A stretch of 64,000 nt of DNA, taken from contig OX597828.1 of NCBI GenBank assembly GCA_951406725.2, positions 7,750,001-7,814,000 on the forward strand. The letters run 5' to 3'. The notes below the pieces were generated by a model. The model worked only from the letters and a program-made list of their open reading frames with translations, did no database searches and was not told where the DNA came from. Both the position numbers and the translations under genes were made by a program. The first letter of the stretch is position 1. Every line of letters starts with the position of its first letter. This DNA is from Octopus vulgaris. Its lineage: Eukaryota. Positions 1 to 13,591 of the stretch are shown in pieces.

Positions 1-139
1 AGCGGTTCGGCAAAACAAACCGATACAATAAGTACCAGGCTCCCAAAGAATAAGTCCCGGGGTCGATTCGCATGAGTAGAGGCGGTGCTCCAACATGGCC
101 ACAGTCAAGTGATTGAAACAAGTAAAAGAGATAAAAGAG
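1..139 (+). mobile_element. SINE family A, 3' tail fragment
   Basis: Matches the tail (agcggttcggcaaaa...gactgaaacaagtaaaaga) of fuller copies at 28006-28650, 37576-37968 and 50812-51210. Confidence 0.85.
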
Positions 140-160
140 ATGTATGTATGTATGCATGTA

Positions 161-241
<81 letters not shown>
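161..241. repeat. (TATC)n microsatellite
   Basis: Direct reading. Confidence 0.95.
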
Positions 242-242
<1 letters not shown>

Positions 243-653
243 CATAGATAGATAAACAGAGAGAGAGGGAGAGAGAGGGTGGAAAGAGAGAGTGAGGAAG
301 ATAAATAGAGAGAGAGAGAGACGGAGAGAGAGAAACACAAACAGAGAGACAATAATTTAGAAACAATGTTTTCGCAGATTTTCTGGCAAAAAGAAAAGAA
401 AAGAAATAAAAGATTGTTCTAAGGTTTTGCAACGTAATCTTTGAACCGAAGTAGCAATATATTGCTTATGAAATTTATGAAAAATGAGATTCTTAATGTA
501 AAACTAATTCTTGCGCTTAAACCCCTCCATAATACACGGTCACGTGATAGGAATTTTGTGTTAATAAAAATACCTCTTAGTGACTACGTGACTACTTAAT
601 GAATAATAATAGGTTGTGGCAATACAACATCATGAATCCAATATTGTAACTAG

Positions 654-656
<3 letters not shown>

Positions 657-740
<84 letters not shown>

Positions 741-755
741 TGATGATAATAATAA
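657..755. repeat. (AAT)n microsatellite
   Basis: Direct reading. Confidence 0.95.
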
Positions 756-1312
756 TGGTATAAAAGATGGGCTACAGTAAATACTCTGCTCAATACCACA
801 GATTTGCTTACCAGTTGTTTGATCTTAACCAGTTGAGCATGTCCCTTATTGGCTGACGATATGTGCATCTTTGATCACGAGCAGAAGTAGTGGGGGAGCA
901 TCATAGCCATGTGTTGAGAGGGATTCTTTGGGGTTTGAATAATTCACCCCTAGAAACTTCGGTATTTCATTTAACATCCTTAAACAACCCTTATTCAGGG
1001 ACCTTTTGAGCGGGATGGGTTACTCGACCAGAAGAAAATTCTAACTGGGCCCCACCTGTAAGGTCATGTGCTGTTTATCTTGATATGAGATCACCATGTC
1101 GCGCACATATGGTTGTGATGCATGTGCCTGTTGTACCCTTATCAGACGGGTAGTCATGATGGGTATACTGGGCTTCGTATATCTTACCCCAGTGTCACAT
1201 AGATGGTATACACTGCTCTCTCACTGCAAAGGCTCGAGATCATTCTGCTTACTGTTTCCTTACCAGAAAGAAATACGTACACCCAGAGTTAAAAGTAGAA
1301 AGAAATCACCAT

Positions 1313-1370
<58 letters not shown>

Positions 1371-1530
1371 GCAGCTGCTGCGGCTACTACTACTACTACT
1401 GCTACAACTGATGATGATGATGGTGATGTTGATAATAATAATAATAATAAGAAGAAGAAGAATAAGAAGAATAAGAATAATAATAATAAGAAGAAGACCA
1501 AGAAGAAGCAGAAGAAGAAGAAAAAGAAGA
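1313..1530. repeat. Compound trinucleotide microsatellite (ACT/GAT/AAT/AAG)
   Basis: Direct reading; explains ORFs 1096..1578 and 1289..1561. Confidence 0.9.
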
Positions 1531-1531
1531 A

Positions 1532-2192
1532 TGGTTTCAAATTTTGGCCCAAGGCCAGCAATTTCGAAGCAGGGGTAGGTCGATTACGTCGACCTAGTAC
1601 TCAATTGGAACCTAATCTATTGATCCTAGAAGGATGAAAAGGTAAAGTCGAGCTCGGTGGAATTTGAACTTAGAACATAAAGACAGACAAATATATATAT
1701 ATATATATAGATACATTTTGTCCGGCGTGCAAACGATTCTGGCAGCTTACCGCCTTAACAACAATAGCAGCAACAGCAGTAACAACAACAACAACAATAA
1801 TTATTAATATTATTTCTACTCTAGACTGAAGGCATTGAAAATTTTTGGGGGAAGGGAGCTAGTCGATTACATTGACCCCAGTGCGCAACTGGTATTAATT
1901 TCCTCAATCCCGAAGGGATGAGAGGCAAGGTCAACCCCGGCGGAATTTGAACTCAAAACCTAGCGGCAAGGTTACCCACAATGGGCTAAACACAGAGAGG
2001 ACAAACAAGGACTGACAAACGGATTAAGTCGATTATATCGATCCCAGTGAGTAAATGGTACTTAATTTATCGACCCCGAAAGGATGAAAGGCAAAGTCGA
2101 CCTCGGCGGAATTTGAACTCAGAACGTAACGGCAGACGAAATACCGCTAAGCCTTTCGCCCAGCGTGCTAAAAATTCTGCCAGCTCGCCACC
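1532..2192 (-). mobile_element. Cluster of SINE family B copies
   Basis: Repeated reverse complement of ggcggcgagctggcagaa...ttctgagttcaaattccgccgaggtcgactttgcc (B-box-like gagttcaaattcc); same family as 17636-18213 and 32738-33153. Confidence 0.85.
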
Positions 2193-2799
2193 TTAAAAAC
2201 AGCAGCAGCAGTTGTAGCAACAACAACAACAACAACAATTATTGGCTCTAGGGCAGTAACTGTAATGAAGTGTTAGGGATGATGTGGACATCAGCATTTT
2301 ACTGGTACCTTATATATTACTGATCCCTCAGAGCTTGTCGGAAAAAGACCTCGCCAGTCTTTGAACTCGAAACATAAAGAGGGAGAACAAATGCCAGAAA
2401 GTATTTTGCCGACGCTGTGTCCATTCAGGCACCACGCAGCGATTTTCATAATATTGATTCTAATTCGGGCACAAAACCAGAAATTTGAGGGGAAGGGTTT
2501 AGTGGCAGAACTATTACGTTTTGGAACCGGGAAGAGGAAATAAAGATGTCCTCGGTGATTTTGGGAGTCGGAAGAAATACCACAAGGCATTTTCTGACAC
2601 TGCAATGAATCTTGCAAGCGAAAGAAAGAGGATGAAGGAAGGAAGCAACAACAACAACAGCAACAACAACGACAATAACAACAAGAACAACAACAGTATA
2701 ATGTAAGATTATAGATATAAAATAATAGGGATATAATAAGATAATAGATATAAATACGCTAGCCATGCCAGTTATAAATTACAGCTTCAGTATAACAAA

Positions 2800-3580
2800 G
2801 TGGAGGCTAAGTGAGTTAAAAAGAATAGGAAAAGGCAAAAGATCATTGGCAGTGCACGGAAGCCACCATTCCAAAGGAGATACAGAATATACCAATCTCA
2901 CACGCAAAGGAATGGTAGCCTGACACAAATAGAAGACTACTATCAACTATCAACAATCGGACTGGAAAAGTACTTAAAAACAAAAAGTGGAAGACTGATG
3001 AACGTAAAAGAGAGACATGAAAAAGAAAAAGAAAAAGAAAAAGAAAAAGAAAAAGAAAAAAAGAAGCAAAAAGAATAAATAATAGAAAAATAAGTAAGAA
3101 ATAACATCTTTTCTGTATACAAATGGAAGCGATAAAGCACAAACAGAAAGGCTAAAATGAAACGATAATTTTAGATAAGAACACAACAAAAATTGTAGAA
3201 GAGGTAAAATATAATGTTAGAGTAGTCACAGAATATACTAAAGACGATACAGACGAGAAGACGAAGCTACTCGTCAGTTAATACTACACAAACGTCGACC
3301 GTAAGCCAAAGTGAATGCCAGCAATGATTCAAAAGTTCCAGACTAAAAGCAGAAACGAAAGGACTCGTTCGCATGCACAAGGCTATTACCTAATTACAAG
3401 CAATCATGAAAGGGAAAGCAAAAAAAAAAAAAAAGTGAAAACAGATCCTAACCCCAAATACAGAATATGCAACCAGCACAATGAGACGGTTGACAACATC
3501 ATCTCTGGCTGAGCAGTGTTTGCAGAATTCGAAAACATGCACACGGATAAATATCGAAATACATGCGGCTCGAAAACGCA
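2800..3580 (+). pseudogene. Decayed R4/Dong-like (RLE-type) non-LTR retrotransposon fragment
   Basis: Broken-frame peptides HGSHHSKGD...SLTQIEDYYQLSTIGLEKYL and KTDPNPKYRICNQHNETVDNIISG* resemble R4/Dong post-RT HHPK..RLY..GGRGL and CCHC (CRIC..ETIDHIISGC) motifs; stops and frameshifts present. Confidence 0.65.
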
Positions 3581-3645
3581 GTAGAAGATCACATTGTAGG
3601 GGAAAGCGATGAAATTCAGAAAGTGAATAAGTACGCCAAAAATGG

Positions 3646-4068
3646 GATCTTTTCGGTTTGAACGGCAGTTTTTAACATAATTTCTAGGTAACTAAAACAT
3701 TTTAAACTTTGTATACTGGTAGAACGTGTTTATTAAAAATCTTTTTCTCTTGGCTTTATTGAGAAAATTCTATAGTTTGTAAGATATTTGTTGTTTTTTT
3801 TTCTTCAATTTCTGGAATTTCAACCAATCAATTACGTCTATTGAAGTAAAAAGCATTCGGTGCTGTATGAATATGTCCCTCGTTTAAGAAACAGATTGGG
3901 TTTATTTACATTTGTAAAGAAAAAAAGATATCCTTCCCCCCACCCCTAACCCTAACCCTAACCCTAAAACAGATTGAAATGCAATAGATCGATACTAGGG
4001 TCATAATTATGGGTGACAATTTCATATGACACCGCTAGAAAAAACAGCCGTTCAAACCGAAAAGATCC
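3646..4068 (+). mobile_element. MITE with GG...CC termini (Merlin-like), internal (CCCTAA)3
   Basis: TIR ggatcttttcggtttgaacggc / gccgttcaaaccgaaaagatcc; imperfect 8-bp flanks caaaaatg/tagaaatg; near-identical copy at 44397-44842. Confidence 0.85.
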
Positions 4069-4265
4069 TAGAAATGTACTAAATGCAAATTATATACAGG
4101 GCCATGAACACCGAAATTTCACACAGAGTAAGAGTAGGATGGAAAAACCTTGTGTATGAATCTCCTTAACAGCACCGTCCTATCTGCGCTCTTATATGCA
4201 AGTGAGATGTGGACTACGATGCAGAAAACTGATTGCCTACAACTCTAAGGTCTTGGAAAGATATC

Positions 4266-4717
4266 CTCTTTTACTCTTTTACTTGTTTCAGTCATTTGAC
4301 TGCGGCCATGCTGGAGCACCGCCTTTAGTCGGGCGAATCGACACCAGGACTTATTCTTAGTAAGCCTAGTACTTATTCTATCGGCTCCTTTTGCCGAACC
4401 GCTAAGTCACGGGAACGTAAACAGACCAGCATCGGTTGTCAAGTGATGTTGGCGAGGGGGAACAAACACAGACACACAAACATATAGACACACATACATA
4501 TGTATATATATATACATACACACACACACACACACATATATATATACATATATACGACGGGCTTCTCCCAGTTTCTGTCTACCAAATCCACTCACAAGGT
4601 TTTGGTCGGCCCGAGGCTATAGTAGAAGACACTTGCCCAAGGTGCCACGCAGTGGGACTTAATCCGAAACTATGTCGTTCGTAAGCAAGCTACTTACCAC
4701 ACAGCCACTCCTGTGCC
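4266..4717 (-). mobile_element. SINE family A, near full length
   Basis: tRNA-like head (A-box tggctgtgtgg), ccttgggcaagtgtctt domain, internal microsatellite, conserved tail. Confidence 0.9.
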
Positions 4718-5129
4718 TATGATGAAAGTTTCATTGAAAGCCAATATTAGCTCATAAGGCCCAAACAAGAATGTCGAAGAGAGCTCAGATTAGTTAAGAC
4801 GTAAAGGCTGTGGAAAGGCCAGTGCTAAGGATTCCATAGCAAGAGCATATCTGTATGATTTTGCTGGAGAACTCAGGGGAGAGAAAGATGTGATCATGGA
4901 ATACCAAAAAACTCATTACAATGTAGCAGAGCAGTTGTGGGGAAGAAAGAAAACACCTTTTGACCAGCGATCTTTAGGGACATCTCATAGTTTCATTGAT
5001 GTAAAGAAAAAAAAACCCCACAGGGATAAAAAACGGTAAATGACCCATTAAACAACTATTATTCATGGGTGACTTAATATTTTTAAGTTAGAATGAAAAT
5101 CAATCTGATACATTAGGGAACAACGGACG

Positions 5130-5547
5130 GGTATTAAATGAAATCATAAGAATGGAATTTAGCAGCAATAAGTGTAGTATCCTTTTCCTGGAAGTAGGCA
5201 AATTTTCTGAGAGAGGAATTGACATCCCAACAGGTGACAATATAAACGAAACTGATAACAAAGCCGAGTATAAGTATTTAGGAAATTGGAAAGCTAATGA
5301 CATGAAAGACAAAATGAATGAATGAATGAATAAATAAATAAATAAATAAATAAATAATGGTAAAAGAGTGCACTGAAAATATGAATGCCACAAGGACCAA
5401 GAATTTATCAAAATCCCGTCTGAAATGTAAAGATGTTATCGCAACTATCAACTGATGTGGTGTTCTAGTATCTGACGAAGTGCAGACATCAACTGAAACA
5501 GCAAAGAACTGCAAGATATTGATAGGAAAACTAGAAACATACTGACA

Positions 5548-5593
<46 letters not shown>

Positions 5594-6200
5594 TGCAAAA
5601 AAGATGATATTGATAGACTTTAGAAGTAAACAAAAATGGTGGAAATAGTTTGATAAGAGTGAAAAATTTTGTTGAAATGGAGGAACACTGTCTGCACAAA
5701 TATGTGGTAGAGAATAACGAAAAATGCTGAGAGCTGTCAAAAAAGAAGGAACACTAAAAGCCAGAAAAAACAAAAGGAAAATAAAAAATAAAATAAAATA
5801 AAATGAAATACTGACATGAAAATGTATGGCATATTTTTCAGAAACATCGCATATAGGACTTGAACTTGGGACTGGTAAAGAAAAGGTGTTTAAAGAAGGC
5901 CACAAAATGTACTAAAACGACAACCGAAGAACAAGCCATAGAAACACGATGCGACGAGAGAAGAAATCACCATCCACTCTGTGCCACAGTGTGAGAAGCT
6001 GGCTGCAAAGCAATTGCATTTATTATTACACACTGATGTGTAAAACATAAAATAGAGGATACAGAAAAGAGGCATGAGCAGAAATGAATTCAAGCTATCG
6101 AAAAAGAACAGGGGTAAAAATTATGGGACATGAAAATCTTAGCAAGGAAGGATATAGAGTTCTTAACCTTCTCACTGCGGAAATCAGACATATCCTCTCA
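5130..6200 (+). pseudogene. Decayed R4/Dong-like retrotransposon (RT C-terminus to endonuclease)
   Basis: Peptides GIDIPTGDNINETDNKAEYKYLG, SKSRLKCKDVIATIN, KELQDIDRKTRNILT, CEKLAAK and KLWDMKI resemble R4/Dong motifs (YKYLG, LKSKLN..N.I.AIN, LDRKTRK.LT, C..LA, ILWD); many stops. Confidence 0.7.
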
Positions 6201-6479
6201 AAATTTCATTGCAAGTATCTGCCGAAAGCAGTTTCAGGTACCAATGTATATCTTTCGTTGAGGAATGTCAAGGTTTGAAACTATATTTTCTCTTGTTGAA
6301 ATATGTCAGGTTTAAAGCAGCAACGTGACTTGTAGAAAATACTGACTATATTTTTGATAGATATTTACCATCATTACTGGAATAACCATAAAATTTAATT
6401 TCACATTTAAAGGTTTAATACCAGAGTTCGTTATGATAGGGAAATCTATTTGAATTGTCATGATAATAGATGAAGCCTG

Positions 6480-6960
<481 letters not shown>

Positions 6961-7340
6961 CCATGAACTAACCGGCCCAAATACTAGTTAGGTGGGAATT
7001 CTTCTTCTGAAAATTTGTCCTGCTGTTCGCTCGCTCGTTGCAAGTTTCTGCATGTATGTATGTACATAAATGCACACACACACGCGCGCGCGCACGTACA
7101 CACATATGTGTATATATACTTACATGTCTCTTTATCCTCTTATTCTCTTGCAGGTTAGCCATTTTATTCACCTGAGGAATTAGATAAATCTAGCCATTCC
7201 AAACCAATAAACTTCTCTTCATAGGTCCAAAGGTTCAACTATCTAAAGGCAGTGCTCCACCATGGCCGCAGTCAAATGACTGAAACACGTAAAAGAATAA
7301 AAGGATATCTAAGTGAAAGAAATATGGTTACCAGCGATAC

Positions 7341-7595
7341 CTATTTCTTTACTACCCACAAGGGGCTAAACATAGAGGGGACAAACATGGACAGACATAG
7401 GTATTAAGTCGATTACATCGACCCCCAGTGCATAACTGGTACATAATTTATCGACCCCGAAAGGATGAAAGGCAAAGTCGACCTCGGCGGAATTTGAACT
7501 CACAACGTAACGGCAGCCGAAATACCGCTAAGCATTTCGCCCGACGTGCTAACGATTCTGCCAGCTCGACGTGCTAACGATTCTGCCAGCTCGCC
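7341..7595 (-). mobile_element. SINE family B with gcgatacc TSD
   Basis: Family match; gcgatacc on both flanks; short internal duplication near the head. Confidence 0.9.
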
Positions 7596-8330
7596 GCGAT
7601 ACCGTCTTGCACTGAAGCTCGGCAGGAGTATTTGAACGATAAGGTTTTTGACCACGTTCAATAGATGTAGATGAGTAACTGAGTCTTTTCAAAGATGTTT
7701 AGTGAAAGAATTTCAATTTGTTAACTGTTGTTACTTCTTTAAGAACTTGGGCGATTTCTCTATAACCCTAATATTATCCACACATATGCATGTCTTCGAA
7801 AGCCATGTATAATACATCGCAATATATACAGCGCTTCTAGATTTGGTGTTGGGAGCAAAACTCTCTTAAAAATCTATAACATGTTTATAACATGAAGTAT
7901 TTTCCCAGCTGCTACATGAGCATATATAATCTACCATTATCCAATATATTAGTTTTCGTTATTTCATGTTGTATAATATATACTGGTATATAATAAAAAT
8001 ATATCATCTAAAAATAATGTATTTACAATACGTTACTGTGGATTTTTCTTAAGAAATGTGTTTAGGAAAATGTTGCAATCAAGTGTCAAATATTGTGGGG
8101 CCTCTTAATTTTCATTTTGATTTGAATGAAAAATTTAACTATCAATATTACACATGGAGTCTTACGGTATCTATAATGTTAAGTATGACAGATATTGTTA
8201 CGAACTAGTCGTTTGAAGATCCCCGAACTAATATCTTCCGGAAAAAAACTATTGTATTGCCCGTTGTTATTGCACGTTTTTATGGAAGCGCATTTTATGA
8301 AAAGAAGACAAAAAAAAAGAAAGAAAACTA

Positions 8331-8611
8331 GTACTCCGTCAGTTACAACGACGAGGGTTCCAGTTGATCCGATCAACGGAAAAGCCTGCGCGTGAAGTTA
8401 ACGTGCAAGTGGTTGAGGACTCCATAGACATGAGTACACTTAATGTAATTTTCAGAGAGATTCAATGTGATACAGAATGTGAGAAGACCGGCCCTTTGAA
8501 TTACAGGTACCACATAAAATAATGTGTCTTGCTCAAGGGTACATCGCACTGCCGGAAATCGAACCCACGATAGTGAGCTGATTACTCTAACCACTAAGCC
8601 ACGCGCCTTCA
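8331..8611 (-). mobile_element. SINE family D
   Basis: Reverse-complement match to 33925-34227; tRNA-like head (ggcttagtggttag, ggttcgatt). Confidence 0.85.
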
Positions 8612-8639
8612 CAGATGTTATACCCAAGCTTCAAACACA

Positions 8640-8960
8640 TTTACCGAATCAACCGACAGGTGGTTCAGGTGACTGGCATCCCATCAATAACGGAAGCACT
8701 CCAGCTTCTAGCCTACAGTCTTGCTGCCTCCAAACTCAGTCTTTTCTCTCTCTACTATAATATTCTCTGCACCTCGAAGACGACTGGTCTCACTGCCAAC
8801 CCTAACACGCACCTGACCCCCTCATTTCTCAATCTCTTATCAGCCTTGTTGCGTGCAATAATTCTTTCGTTGCACCAACTGCTGTCTTCACTCTTTTCCC
8901 TCAGAACATTGGTTCTCAGAAAACTCCCTGTTTATGTCTTCTCCAAATGCCATGACCCTG
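8640..8960 (+). pseudogene. CR1/L2-type LINE 3' ORF2 remnant
   Basis: LQLLAYSLAASKLSLFSLYYNILC and LFPQN/RTLVLRKLPVYVF resemble the CR1/L2 C-terminus (LQPL..RR..SLFYRYY..C; SFFPRT..LWNSLP); related to 33330-33660. Confidence 0.55.
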
Positions 8961-9065
8961 GCATTATGTTTGTATACTCTTCTATCTTTATATATGTATA
9001 TATGAGTATGTGTATGTGTACATATGTGTGTATGTGAGTCTATGTGTGTGCGTATATATATATAT

Positions 9066-9320
9066 GGATATTTTCAACTCAGCCACAGATTTTTAAATTA
9101 AATTTTTTTAACTTAACAGTTCAAAACTTTGGATGTATCAGGTAGAACACGGTTTATTCTGAACGTTTTTGACAAAATTTTGTATTTTAGAAGTTATTTT
9201 GCGTTAAAGTTGTTGTATTTGGATAATTTTAACCAATCAATGACGTGTATTCAGCTGAAGAAAGTTACTGCTGTTTGCAAAAGTAATAGAAGATCAAGAA
9301 CTTCCGGGTCATCGGGTCAT

Positions 9321-9388
<68 letters not shown>

Positions 9389-9608
9389 AGAAAAGTATAA
9401 AAGATAAGAGAGGTGGGTGAGAAAAACAGAAAGTTTTTTTATAGGGAATGGGTGAGAAATACAGTAAGTTATTTTATAGGGAATACACACGTGTGTGCGT
9501 ATGTATTTTTTTTCCATCTTTTGTCAAAAACGTTCAGAGTAAACCGTGTTCTACGTGACTCATTCAAGCAGTATCCGAAGTTTCAAACTGTTTAGTTAAA
9601 AAAAAATT
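9066..9608. mobile_element. MITE with long imperfect inverted repeats and internal (GA)n
   Basis: gtagaacacggtttattctgaacgtttttgacaaaa (~9142) is inverted at ~9519 (ttttgtcaaaaacgttcagagtaaaccgtgttctac); outer arms also match; shares aaccaatca-tgacgt motif with the 3646 MITE. Confidence 0.75.
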
Positions 9609-9634
9609 ACATACACAAAATTACATACCTATAT

Positions 9635-9970
<336 letters not shown>

Positions 9971-10021
9971 CATACTTGCATATATAAATATGATGCAGTC
10001 ACACATGTTAGTTAGTTATTA

Positions 10022-10219
10022 TTTTATTGGGAATAATATTTTACGTGCTGCAGAGTCGTTTCGCTATTTACATAATTCTTCGGAGATACATAAGAAATAA
10101 TTGAGTTTTATTATATTTATAAATACAATAAAACTCAATTATTTCATATATATCTCCGAAGAATTATGTAAATAGTGAAACCAGCTTGAAGCCCGTAAGA
10201 TAATATTCTCAAAATAAAC
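10022..10219. repeat. Foldback palindrome made of two inverted hammerhead-like motifs
   Basis: Arms of ~95 bp centred on tatttataaata (~10120). Confidence 0.85.
10151..10202 (+). ncRNA. Type I hammerhead ribozyme-like motif (CCGAAGA core variant)
   Basis: tatct-CCGAAGA-attat(gtaa)atagt-GAAA-c...g-TA-agata: stems I and II pair, stem III partly decayed, GUA site. Confidence 0.55.
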
Positions 10220-10506
10220 ATACTTTACATTCCAAACGTATTGACTTCTTCTCTTCTTGGAATTGTGGATCGCCTCATCTTACGATCTGGTATCTTTTTC
10301 TCTTACCCAATTCCAACTTCTTAGTTTCTCACACAAGCTTTGTCCGTCCGTCCGTCCATCCGTCCATCCGACCGTCCGTCTCTCCGTCTGTCCATCCGTT
10401 TGTCCGTCCGTCCGTCTGTCTGTCTGTCTATGCATCTCCCCTGTTGTGTGTGTATACACACACACACACACACACACATATAAGAGAAGAAAGTATACTT
10501 ACGCCG

Positions 10507-10548
<42 letters not shown>

Positions 10549-10664
10549 CAAAATGGGACAAGAACGCAAAACATCAAAATAGACGATACAAAAAACACGG
10601 ATGGGTCATTCGAAGCCTTTAATCTTCAGTCAAGAACCGGATCATTCTCGCAATTTCGGCTGAT

Positions 10665-10748
<84 letters not shown>

Positions 10749-11005
10749 GGTACATATGTTTCTCAGCTAGCTTATCTTCTGTCATAATAATTACTCAACG
10801 AGGAGTACTCAGCTAAGCTACTCCTCAGTCTGAGAACACCTTAATTCCATGAAGTTTACTTTGTCCTTTGTAACCTTCCACGCCTATAAATTGTTATTGT
10901 TCCTGACTGTACTGTACACTGTCCACTTTTTCTTTTCTGTACCTGCCACAGACTGTTTGAAGCTTACGCACCTCCTACTCTTCGATGCCTGAATTTCATC
11001 CATAT

Positions 11006-11113
<108 letters not shown>

Positions 11114-11199
11114 TTACACACACACACTCACACACACTAACAGACGGACATGACGAGCCTTTAAGCATTCCTGAACAAAAGATTGTCTAAATAAGAAAT

Positions 11200-11800
11200 T
11201 TCTAGTTGTAAAACAAACATTAGTTAACCACGGTTGTTTTAGTAAATTAGTAGACAACGCAACAGACCGATCCAAATGCAAACTCCCTCATAATTGTTTG
11301 GCATACTCAGTACCAGACAGAATTGCTCAATTTCTTACGATGCGTGTATTATAATGCTATAATATAATTCATCCTGGTTACCTAATGCGTTGAAACGATT
11401 ACATCTCATAAAACAGAACACAATATGTGCCACAGCTAACTACAACCCAATCTTACAAACACCAGAATGAAAACCCTTATATTATGACAAAACCACAAAC
11501 CACCACGCAGCAGAACCTTTTTCAAACAACCAAAATGATTTATGAATTCTAGTGCAAAATTGAAAGCAGTGAAGTTTATGAATTATTGGTACATTAGTCA
11601 TACAAGTACAACACTGTCTCGTCACTTGAGTATGCATTTACAACAAGGAGCCATCGTAACACACCACGATGTAATATATGTGAACAACAATTGATTGACA
11701 ATCAATATCTGACAATACGATTCTAAAAAGAATTCTACAAAATGCAAGATGAATATCAACAGAGATTAACAAACAAAATATAAGTCATAATTCAAAACAT
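11200..11800 (+). pseudogene. Penelope-like element GIY-YIG endonuclease remnant
   Basis: MIYEF*C...YISHTSTTLSRHLSMHLQQGAI (from 11590) resembles the PLE GIY-YIG motif VVY.F.C...YIG.T.T.LSRRL..H. Confidence 0.6.
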
Positions 11801-12545
11801 ACAATGTACCCGATATCATCTACGAAAACTGCTGGACTTAACCGATCAATAATTCTTAAACTTAGCAGCGAAAAAGGAAACAAAAAAAAAATGCCAAAAG
11901 AGAAAAATATCACTAACACTCCCATAATCCTTTGCAACCCAACACATAGTGTGAAAACGTTTGCAACGCTACAATGTTACATCCTTATTTGAATGATGAG
12001 GCTGCGATAGCATCGCAATGATAATAGAGCAACGGATTTAAGAACGCATACATTCCAGACCGAGAATAAAGTATTAATAAGGAAATATGAAATGTCGTTA
12101 ATAAAATGGATCAAACACGAACATAGTCGTGTCTTAAATACATATCTGCATCAAAAGCTACTCTTAATCTATACGCCCACCCACACACGTGCATATACAT
12201 GCATGCATACATACATACATACATGGTGGCTGCCCCCTCGTTATCGAGTATGGAGATTGCACGAAGTCTAATCAATGTTGTCATCGTGCAATGCCTGTGC
12301 AAGAAGATTTTTTTAAAGTGAGGAAAAGCTGTGCACTGAGTCAATCCCACTCACTAAGCAAGAGCAGCCATAATCCGAAAAGATACATACATACATACAT
12401 ACATACATACATACATACATACATACATACATACAAGAAGTGATTAAGATTCAGTTGAATTAGGTACTTAAGTTGAGGCACCAAGTCAGTCAGGTATTAT
12501 CCGCATAGCGCGAACTAAGGCGACTAAAACGCAAATAAGTAACAA

Positions 12546-12595
<50 letters not shown>

Positions 12596-12770
12596 TATGT
12601 TTGTGCATATATGTATATCTAACTATGCACCTGTCTGTGTGTATGTCTATATATTTATCTATCTATATACATATATGCATGTATATATATGTATATATAT
12701 AGAGAGAGATAAATTGATAGATAGACAGACAGAGAGATACACACATACATCACGCACATTACAAATATAA
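12546..12770. repeat. Local direct repeat, copy 1 (copy 2 at 13315-13591)
   Basis: Shared unique spacers gtgcatatatgtatatcta-ctatgcacctgtct and aaattgatagatagacagacagagagatac...catcacgcacattacaaatataat. Confidence 0.85.
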
Positions 12771-13314
12771 TTTATTGCAATAGCTTCTCGCTGTATATAC
12801 ACGGATAGATTATGAGGGGGTGTTGTATGTCCAATGAAACAGTTTGTACCTTGAAGTTTGCAATTTTCACGCTTGCACAAAGTGGTATAAATTACTTTAA
12901 TTTACTGTAATTTGGAGTTTATTCAATCGGTTGCAAGCTTACAGATTATATACAATGGCATATTTGCATATGCAATGATATATTTGCATATCAGTACAGA
13001 AATAGCGTATCTGTACATGGTCACTGACAGGGCTAGAAATGTCAGCCAAATTTCTTTCAGATCTTACCCTATCAGCCCCAGTATGTTTAGAATGGTCACG
13101 GCTAGAACATCGTCGATAAAAGAGCTGCTCAACTATGGCGGAACTGTGGTTTGAACAACAAAAGCAACAACAATTAAAAAGAAAAGTTTATCATGCAAAA
13201 TAACAATACGAAGTATCGTTATCATGAAAGAACAAGACCGATTCTGGCAGAAAGCAGAAAGTTATGGAGAAGGAGCACTTATCCATATCATCTTCAGTAT
13301 TTATGTTAATCCTT

Positions 13315-13315
13315 A

Positions 13316-13362
<47 letters not shown>

Positions 13363-13441
13363 ATATTTGTGCATATATGTATATCTAGCTATGCACCTGT
13401 CTCCGTGTATGCCTATCTATTTATCTATCTATATACACATA

Positions 13442-13527
<86 letters not shown>

Positions 13528-13591
13528 GAGAAATTGATAGATAGACAGACAGAGAGATACACACATTCATCACGCACATTACAAATATAAT
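13315..13591. repeat. Local direct repeat, copy 2
   Basis: See 12546-12770; internal microsatellite lengths differ. Confidence 0.85.

Noticed and set aside
756-1225. Complex segment after (AAT)n, probably an interspersed repeat
   Set aside because: Single copy in the window with no diagnostic termini or motifs, so it cannot be classified from the sequence
3944-3967. Telomere or interstitial fusion site
   Set aside because: Only ~3-4 CCCTAA units, and they are internal to a multi-copy MITE
10600-10662. Hammerhead in the TA-flanked island (ctgaaga...ttcgaat; gccgaaattg)
   Set aside because: Core halves are not in a consistent order with pairing stems
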